Source of the DNA: Bacillota bacterium | Lineage (GTDB): Bacteria; Bacillota; Limnochordia; Darwinibacteriales; Darwinibacteriaceae | Length of the DNA stretch: 64,000 nt | Assembly (NCBI GenBank): GCA_012838305.1 | Contig: DUPN01000065.1 | Span: 11,637 to 75,636 of the forward strand | Reading direction: 5' to 3' | In this document: positions 58,214-64,000 of the stretch, piece by piece | Numbering within the stretch: the stretch's first letter is position 1 | Layout: every line of letters begins with the position of its first letter | The notes under the pieces: generated by a model | What the model saw: the letters and a program-made list of their open reading frames with translations, nothing else | Databases searched by the model: none | What the model was told of the DNA's origin: nothing | Translations under genes and position numbers: made by a program

Positions 58214-60742
58214 TCATTGGTTGATAAACCCAAATTCGATCAGTTTTCTCTTGGCTAGTTCAATATCCTCAGGTGTGACCAGGATCACAGGGCCTGTGCA
58301 CCCCATGCCGGCTTCAGCGTAGATGTTCTCTTTCCAAAGCGCTTCCGCCGCTTCTTCGATTTCCAGAACATCGACACCGGTGATCTCTTGATCTACAGGC
58401 TTAGCCGGTGGTTTTCTAACGGCATCAGCAGGCTCTGTCTTGACCAGTTTAGCCCGTTTTAGCTCCTCAGCCACCAGTTCAGGCAGTCTTGCTTTTGCTG
58501 CATCTGCCGCGAACTCCACGGCGCCGGCAATAACCGGTGCACCGGATGCTCTGGAGACGATATTGATGATCTGGCTGTAACCTTCTCCCACTCCTGGGCC
58601 GTAACCATAGCCCACGCTCTCTATGGAGCCACCCGTATTTAAGGCCGAAAGCATTTTGACCAGGATGTTTCCGGTTAAAGAGTCGGTGACCAAGACATCG
58701 CAACCGCCCGTTAGGGCGTCATTGCCCCGCATTATGGCTTGACCGCCGGCCCGACTGGAGGCTGCCCAATTGATGGAGTAGCCTTCCTTCTCCAAATCCC
58801 GCAGGGAGCGTTCGGTGGTGAGTGCGCCGTCCACATTCAGAATTCCGACTTCAGGGTCGGAGATTCCCAGAGCCTTGGCAACGGCAATGCCTAAGATGGC
58901 GTTTTTGTGCATGGCCTCCGTGCGGTTGCCTGCAGACATGCCTGTCGTTGAAGCGATGAGCATTTCTCGGCCAGTGGCAGGGGCTATTACCCGGCCAATG
59001 GTTGTGACGCCTAGAGGGAAGTTGTAGTGCATGGTTACGCAGGCATCAATTTCCCCGGATTTCAGGAGGTTCTCCATGACATGGCGCTGTTCTTCCTCGG
59101 TGTTCGCTTCGATTACGGGCAGGGATGTGCTGCCCTTGGGACCTATGGCTACCACGCCAATATTCTTGTGCTTACTTTGGGCCAGTTCGGCGCCGCGCAC
59201 GACCTCTTCCAGACCGTGTTCGCTGCCGAGGAGAGTTACGCCAACGGTCACGGTTTTTTCCGCCGTCACGGTGGTCGATGTGCTCTTACCAGGGTTTGGT
59301 TCCATCAGGAACGAAACACCATCGAAGAGATTGGTCAGACGTGCCAAAAAAAGACTGCCTTTACCCACGATCATGACCCGGTTTAACTCACCCTGAAGAA
59401 TGCCTTCACGGGCAAAGCCCATGTAAGGAACACCAGAGGGAATATGACCCTGGGTCGGGGCCCAGCCCTTCAGTCCGTGCTGCGTTACGAAGCTATCGAG
59501 TTCGCTGCGCTGAATGGCTCCTTGTTTGACGCCTAAAGCGGCAATCATCTTGTAATTGGCCAAGGGCACATCGCCGGCTCCGGCCGGAACCGTGATCTCT
59601 GGATTCTGCATTTCCACACTGTACTTATCCACATCGGAGATGGTGAGGCCGGCCCTTTGCAGAGGATCCGTCACCAACGAGGAGGTCACTGCTTGTGGCG
59701 ACGACCCTGTTCCAATCCGGTGTCGCCCAATGGCATCGGTACGAATGATGGGGTTGACGCCATCATCTGCGCTGATCAAAATGGCAAAGGCACCCAGGAC
59801 GTCCTCTAATACAGGAACCTCTTTTTTGATATGGTCTCTGGAGTTCATGCCCAGTTTAGCGGTTGCTCCTCCGGCTACAACCACGACGTTCTGGTAGATC
59901 CCTGACTTTACCAAGCCACAGGCATTGACAATACCATGGGAGGGACCGGCGCAGAAGGAACGGGTGTCAGAGCCGCTAGCGTTTAAGCAGCCGCAAACCT
60001 CTCCGATAGCTTTGGCGAAGTTCCCTCCGCCACGCTGGTTCATATCTCCAGCAGCCTCTTCAGAGGTCTCAATAATGTAGTCGATAGAACTGGGATCGAT
60101 CTCGTTTTTCCATAACAAGTGTCGCAGGGCGAGCGCTCCTGAAGCTTTCGCCGCCAGGTTTTCAAACATGACATCCGCCTTAAGGTTGACATCCACCTCA
60201 TGGGCCTGCTTTATACAGCCCACCACATGGTCGTCAAACTCCAGGGGTACCGCAGTTCCCTTGGACAGTAGGGATTCAATTTCCTCGATCGTCTGTGCTT
60301 TTGCCAAAATGGCCATGTCTGTTTCGGTAAAGAGGGGGTGGGCCTTCAATCGTTCAGCCATTTGCCTGGCAAAGGTCTCTTCCAGGACGACCAGTTCAAA
60401 GGAATCTGCAATCTTCATCATGGCAATCAGTTCGTCCAGGGGGAAGATCGCTCCGAAGCGCCCCTGCCTTTGGGGCTCGACCAGGTTTTCATACCAGGGT
60501 TGGGGAATCTGCGCCAGCTCCCCGGGGCTGATGTTTCCAATATAAACCTGATTGGGGGGATAAGCCGCAACGCTTTCGAAGGGGCGCAGACTTTGCTGTA
60601 CCTGCTCAAGCAAGGGGGAGTCGGGATTTTTGGCCCGTTCCACCATGAGGGTCGTTCCATGGGTCACAACCATGTCCCGCGCATGATATAGACAATAACT
60701 TGCTGCCTTAACCACAGGATTGGTCAATACATACACCTCCAA
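58214..60742 (-). CDS. grdCD: glycine/sarcosine/betaine reductase complex protein C, apparent GrdC-GrdD fusion
   Basis: 842 aa continuous ORF. The N-terminal ~490 aa are thiolase/ketoacyl-synthase-like (GrdC-like, Cys in SFCAGPSHG). The C-terminal ~340 aa are PlsX/phosphate-acyltransferase-like (GrdD-like, VLVTDSLTGNILVKML). Lies downstream of grdE-grdA-grdB. Confidence 0.65.
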   Translation of the reverse strand: MEVYVLTNPVVKAASYCLYHARDMVVTHGTTLMVERAKNPDSPLLEQVQQSLRPFESVAAYPPNQVYIGNISPGELAQIPQPWYENLVEPQRQGRFGAIFPLDELIAMMKIADSFELVVLEETFARQMAERLKAHPLFTETDMAILAKAQTIEEIESLLSKGTAVPLEFDDHVVGCIKQAHEVDVNLKADVMFENLAAKASGALALRHLLWKNEIDPSSIDYIIETSEEAAGDMNQRGGGNFAKAIGEVCGCLNASGSDTRSFCAGPSHGIVNACGLVKSGIYQNVVVVAGGATAKLGMNSRDHIKKEVPVLEDVLGAFAILISADDGVNPIIRTDAIGRHRIGTGSSPQAVTSSLVTDPLQRAGLTISDVDKYSVEMQNPEITVPAGAGDVPLANYKMIAALGVKQGAIQRSELDSFVTQHGLKGWAPTQGHIPSGVPYMGFAREGILQGELNRVMIVGKGSLFLARLTNLFDGVSFLMEPNPGKSTSTTVTAEKTVTVGVTLLGSEHGLEEVVRGAELAQSKHKNIGVVAIGPKGSTSLPVIEANTEEEQRHVMENLLKSGEIDACVTMHYNFPLGVTTIGRVIAPATGREMLIASTTGMSAGNRTEAMHKNAILGIAVAKALGISDPEVGILNVDGALTTERSLRDLEKEGYSINWAASSRAGGQAIMRGNDALTGGCDVLVTDSLTGNILVKMLSALNTGGSIESVGYGYGPGVGEGYSQIINIVSRASGAPVIAGAVEFAADAAKARLPELVAEELKRAKLVKTEPADAVRKPPAKPVDQEITGVDVLEIEEAAEALWKENIYAEAGMGCTGPVILVTPEDIELAKRKLIEFGFINQ

Positions 60743-60797
60743 ATAGATAAGAAGGGCCCCTACCCTAGGGAGTGGGACCCTTCATCCATGTTTTGCG

Positions 60798-62105
60798 TTA
60801 GTTCTCAAAAATCGTCTGCTCGCTAACAGGCTGCTCCAAGGCATCTAAGGCCTGTTGGACGAGCTTCTTGCGTAAACTGAATTCCTCGTCGGCCGTAAGC
60901 TTGGGGTTCCCAAGGGGATAGGGAATGGCTACGGCTGGAACAATGCGATTGGCTCCCACCGTCAGAGAAATGGGTGTCACGGTACACACATGTACAACAG
61001 TAAGACCCATCCGCTCGATTTCTTTTACCATCGTTGCGCCGCAACGAGTACAGGTGCCTCAGGTGCTGGTTAGGATAACCGCTTGCACCCCTTCGTTGAC
61101 TAGTTCGTGGGCAATTTCTGAGGCGAACTTTTTCGCATTGGCCACAGATGTACCATTGCCTACCGTTGAGTAGAAATAAGGGAAGAGTTTCCCAATTTTC
61201 CCCTCTTGCTCCAAGGCACGCAGGGCGTCTACGGGCACCACGCGGTTGGGCACCTGATTGGCATAGACGGGGTCGTACCCCCCGTGGGCTGTCTCGTAGG
61301 CATCGGCTGTGAGAGACTCTACCCCTGCGATGCTGTACCTGCCATAATGAGAGGCGCTGGACGCTTCAATTCGGTCCGGATTGCCCTTAGGCACGATGCC
61401 GCCGCTTGTTACCAGGGCCAGGGTTGCCTGGCTTAGGTCGGCGACGGCCGGGGCCGGATCTACACGGTCAAAGTGGGGGATGGGATACTCCGTCTCGAAT
61501 TCTTCTCCCTGCAGCTTGGCCAAGAGCATATCAATAGCCCTATCCGAGCCTCGTTTCTCTGCAAACACATTCTTGCGAATGCCCCGGCTGAGGTAACCCT
61601 CTTCGGCGGGGGAACCCAGAGGCTCTTGGTTGGCAAGTTTCCCTGCAAGCCTAGCTATACTGGGCAGAGCGGTGCGCATACTTGCGGCTGAATTTCCTGT
61701 TTCCACAATGTAGAGATACTGGCGATAGCTTTCTACTCCGGGGTTCTCCGGGTACATGCCAGAAACCGCTGGAATTCCCATTTCAGAGGCGATTTTACCC
61801 ACCGTCCCGCAGGCCATGCCATAGCGTCCTGCGTTGAAAGCCGGGCCCGCGATGACCACATGGGGATCGAAGTCTTTGATCATCTCACCCACGGTGGCGC
61901 TTGCCTCTTCTAAGTTCTCGTTGAAATAACTGTCACCACAGACGATGGTGCCAACGATGGTGCAGTTTTTTGGCAGCAGGCCTTTTAAGCCCAGTCCGGG
62001 ACCGATTGGTTTGTCAAAGCTTTGGGGCGCAATGTGGGCTTGATCTTCGCCCCCAATTTGTCCAAAGAATTGGTTCAAATAGAGTACGATCCGTCTTGTT
62101 TCCAT
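60798..62105 (-). CDS. grdB: glycine reductase selenoprotein B GrdB, with an in-frame TGA selenocysteine codon at 61059-61061
   Basis: The 348 aa ORF ends ...AVILTST at the TGA. The same frame continues GTCTRCGATMVKEIERMGL... for 86 more codons to a TAA. The combined 435 aa matches GrdB length and the conserved TSTUGTC Sec context. Confidence 0.85.
61032..61046 (-). promoter_or_regulatory. SECIS-like hairpin CGUUGC-GGC-GCAACG beginning 12 nt downstream of the grdB UGA
   Basis: 6 bp perfect stem at the spacing bacterial SECIS elements occupy. No RNA folding program was run. Confidence 0.4.
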
Positions 62106-62108
62106 ACA

Positions 62109-62570
62109 TTACCCCCCAATCTGTTCGCGATAGGTGGTGACCTCCTTGATGATTTCGTCAACGTCTAGGACCATTTCCATCATACTAATTTGGTCTTCCC
62201 AGACATCTTCAGGAACGATATCCTTCAATTCAAAAATGTGGTATACGGGGAGTTCTAACTGAACTCCTGTCAATGGACCGGCGAAGGTAGGATCCCCCGC
62301 TGTGACTGTCTCAGCTGCAAGACCGGAAGCTTCTGCTTCGGCTCCACCTAAGACCACAACTACGTTCTCCTTACCATGCTTTTCAACCAACTCTAAGATC
62401 CGAGTTTGGTTTTCCATGTCCATTGCTCCAGCCGCCGTTCAAACAAAGCATTCGGTGGTGGAGAAAGCCATTATGGCGCCAGAGTCTTTCAGGCACGCCT
62501 CAATGGCTGGACCGGGGATCCCATCACGATCACCAATGATCGCAATCTGTTTGCCCTTTAAGTCGATCAT
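62109..62570 (-). CDS. grdA: glycine reductase selenoprotein A GrdA, with an in-frame TGA selenocysteine codon at 62439-62441
   Basis: ATG at 62570 after GGAGG. The ORF reads [54 protein letters not shown]...[31 protein letters not shown]... and matches the canonical GrdA CFVUTAAGAMD Sec motif. The ORF track shows only the post-Sec 104 aa. Confidence 0.9.
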
Positions 62571-62588
62571 GGACCAATTCCTCCTCAT

Positions 62589-63881
62589 TTAATATTCGCG
62601 AGCTGTCAATTTATTGAATCCAAGTTCGTTCGTGGCCCCGATGATGGCCTGTAATTCCACGGTAATGGATCCGTCTGCCTGGCGACCGCCTTTAAAACCT
62701 CCTGCAATCACTTCCACAGGATCAATGTTCCCAATGACTTTGTCCATGGCCGGCAGAGTCACAAGGGCGTTGGCATTTCCGCCGCTGACAATGGCGGTGG
62801 CCAGAGGGCTTCCGTCTGCAAGAGACTGGCTTGTGCCGTCCTGGCCCGCATATTCATCGGTCACCAATACGGTTTTGATGCCTTTGTTTTCAATCTTGGT
62901 GCAATTCATCATCAAATCTGTGTCAGGGTTGCCAAAACCCTCCTCGCTGATGATCACCCCGTCAACGCCGAGGAACTCCACCAATTTGGCGGTTAAGTCC
63001 GACGAACGCTGTTTATCCAGGAGTGTTACGTTTTCGTTGGTGATTACAGATCCCACAAAACAGAGATCCTTACCATGGCGGGCCAGTAGATCATGGATGA
63101 CCGGACTGTTCTGGTGATGATAGGTGGTGTTCTTATCGCAGGCTGATACACAGTTACCGCTGACAATGGCCCCATCCATGACTTCTGTTGGATGGATCAG
63201 GGTTGGAACGATGTTTTTCACGTCAACTCCGTAGAAGTAGGTGTCATGGAGCAGACCCTGGCTCTGCAGCATATAAACATAGGCGACCTTTGGAAGCTCA
63301 GGGTACAGCTCATGGTACTTGTGCAGGGGCAGCAGCTCGTATTCAGTGGTCTCATCTGGAGTTACATTGCGAGCAGCTTCGCCCAGATAATTGGCTGCCC
63401 TCAGTCCCATCTTCCGCAGAGCGGCCTCATGCTGATAGGGGGTCACGCCTTCCACTGGATTGGCCACAATGACCAGATTGTGCAGCTTGGAGAAGGGGCA
63501 GAGTTCGGCTCCGGGGCCGGACATGTCAATGATGCCCTCCTGATATCCGACAATCTTGCCTGTGGTCACCACACTGACTCCCTTAAGTACGTGGGTTGTG
63601 CCTTGGCCGGCGGTGAACATCTTGCTGACCATACCGGGGAAAATCCCACCATCGTGATCCGGCTTCACCCGCGGTTCAATCACATCTTTTACGGGCATAA
63701 TGCGTACCGATTCACCGGGATGGGTGATCTCCAGTTCGACCTGGGCCAGGTGTTCATCTTGCAGCAAATGCCCGGTGAGTTCTTCTCTATTGACAAAGAG
63801 AGTTTGATTTTTAACTTCTGTGCGGGGACCAAACTGCAAATCTTTGATAAAAATGTTTCCCACTTTCAACTGCATCAACAA
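62589..63881 (-). CDS. grdE: glycine reductase proprotein GrdE (protein B pyruvoyl-forming subunit precursor)
   Basis: 430 aa, the expected GrdE size and position upstream of grdA. Contains an NCVSAC segment, which is a candidate self-cleavage Cys region. Confidence 0.8.
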   Translation of the reverse strand: MLMQLKVGNIFIKDLQFGPRTEVKNQTLFVNREELTGHLLQDEHLAQVELEITHPGESVRIMPVKDVIEPRVKPDHDGGIFPGMVSKMFTAGQGTTHVLKGVSVVTTGKIVGYQEGIIDMSGPGAELCPFSKLHNLVIVANPVEGVTPYQHEAALRKMGLRAANYLGEAARNVTPDETTEYELLPLHKYHELYPELPKVAYVYMLQSQGLLHDTYFYGVDVKNIVPTLIHPTEVMDGAIVSGNCVSACDKNTTYHHQNSPVIHDLLARHGKDLCFVGSVITNENVTLLDKQRSSDLTAKLVEFLGVDGVIISEEGFGNPDTDLMMNCTKIENKGIKTVLVTDEYAGQDGTSQSLADGSPLATAIVSGGNANALVTLPAMDKVIGNIDPVEVIAGGFKGGRQADGSITVELQAIIGATNELGFNKLTAREY

Positions 63882-63901
63882 CTCACCTCCTTTGGCCAGC
63901 C

Positions 63902-64000
63902 CTAACCGATCAACTCTAGGATTTTGCTTTCAACATCCTCAGGTCCGAATTCGCCGTTAAGCTCGTGTTTTTTCTCTCCGTTGTAGTAAAAGGCAATGAC
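63902..64000 (-). CDS. thioredoxin-like protein, 3' end only (gene continues beyond the window)
   Basis: The C-terminal 32 codons ...VIAFYYNGEKKHELNGEFGPEDVESKILELIG resemble a thioredoxin C-terminus. Thioredoxin genes commonly precede grdE in grd operons. Confidence 0.4.
   Translation of the reverse strand, partial: VIAFYYNGEKKHELNGEFGPEDVESKILELIG

Noticed and set aside
60798-61031. 77 aa stand-alone minus-strand ORF between grdCD and the 348 aa ORF
   Set aside because: It is in the same frame as, and contiguous with, the upstream ORF across a single TGA. It is better explained as the C-terminal part of selenoprotein GrdB.
62302-62592. 96 aa plus-strand ORF
   Set aside because: It is antisense to the N-terminal (pre-Sec) part of grdA, whose TGA read-through reconstruction matches the canonical GrdA sequence.
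1-64000. Searched by eye for CRISPR arrays, IS inverted repeats, integrase or transposase genes and rRNA
   Set aside because: No regularly spaced direct repeats, and no transposase, integrase or rRNA-like sequences were recognised anywhere in the window.

Overview
This window looks like chromosomal DNA from a high-GC Firmicute (Clostridia-like), densely coded on both strands. I found no rRNA, tRNA, CRISPR array or obvious IS element by eye.

In order along the window:
- A feoA-feoB-feoC-like ferrous iron uptake operon with a candidate promoter and Fur-box-like site.
- An AEC-family permease.
- A sugar ABC uptake operon (substrate-binding protein plus two permeases) with a cre/LacI-like operator and a PhnP-like metallo-beta-lactamase-fold hydrolase.
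- A DUF2207 membrane protein paired with an Ig-like (Big_2) secreted protein.
- A guanine-class purine riboswitch driving purE-purB-purL-purF-purM-purN-purH-purD.
- A minus-strand oligopeptide (Opp-type) ABC operon with an unusually long 829 aa binding protein.
- A YheC/YheD ATP-grasp protein divergent from a small Cys-rich ORF and a GNAT acetyltransferase.
- Sulfur-amino-acid, deaminase, HAD and cyclase housekeeping genes.
- A compact xenobiotic/antibiotic-modification-like cluster: a GyrI-like protein, an ANT(6) adenylyltransferase, a Nudix-AAC(6')-like GNAT fusion and a nitroreductase.
- mutY, pepT, a short-chain dehydrogenase, an orphan Dam-like N6-adenine methyltransferase, a large S8 subtilase lipoprotein with tandem N-terminal repeats, and a GH3 beta-glucosidase.
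- An MFS transporter, a YjbQ protein with an ABC-2 exporter, and a MATE efflux pump.
- A ytrA-like GntR-ABC-DUF4097 module with a 30 bp palindromic operator.
- At the 3' end on the minus strand, a glycine reductase locus: a partial thioredoxin gene, grdE, grdA, grdB and an apparent GrdC-GrdD fusion.

The most notable points are the two glycine reductase selenoprotein genes, grdA and grdB. Each contains an in-frame TGA selenocysteine codon that splits it in a naive ORF track. A SECIS-like hairpin follows the grdB TGA. The adjacent protein-C genes appear fused into a single 842 aa ORF.
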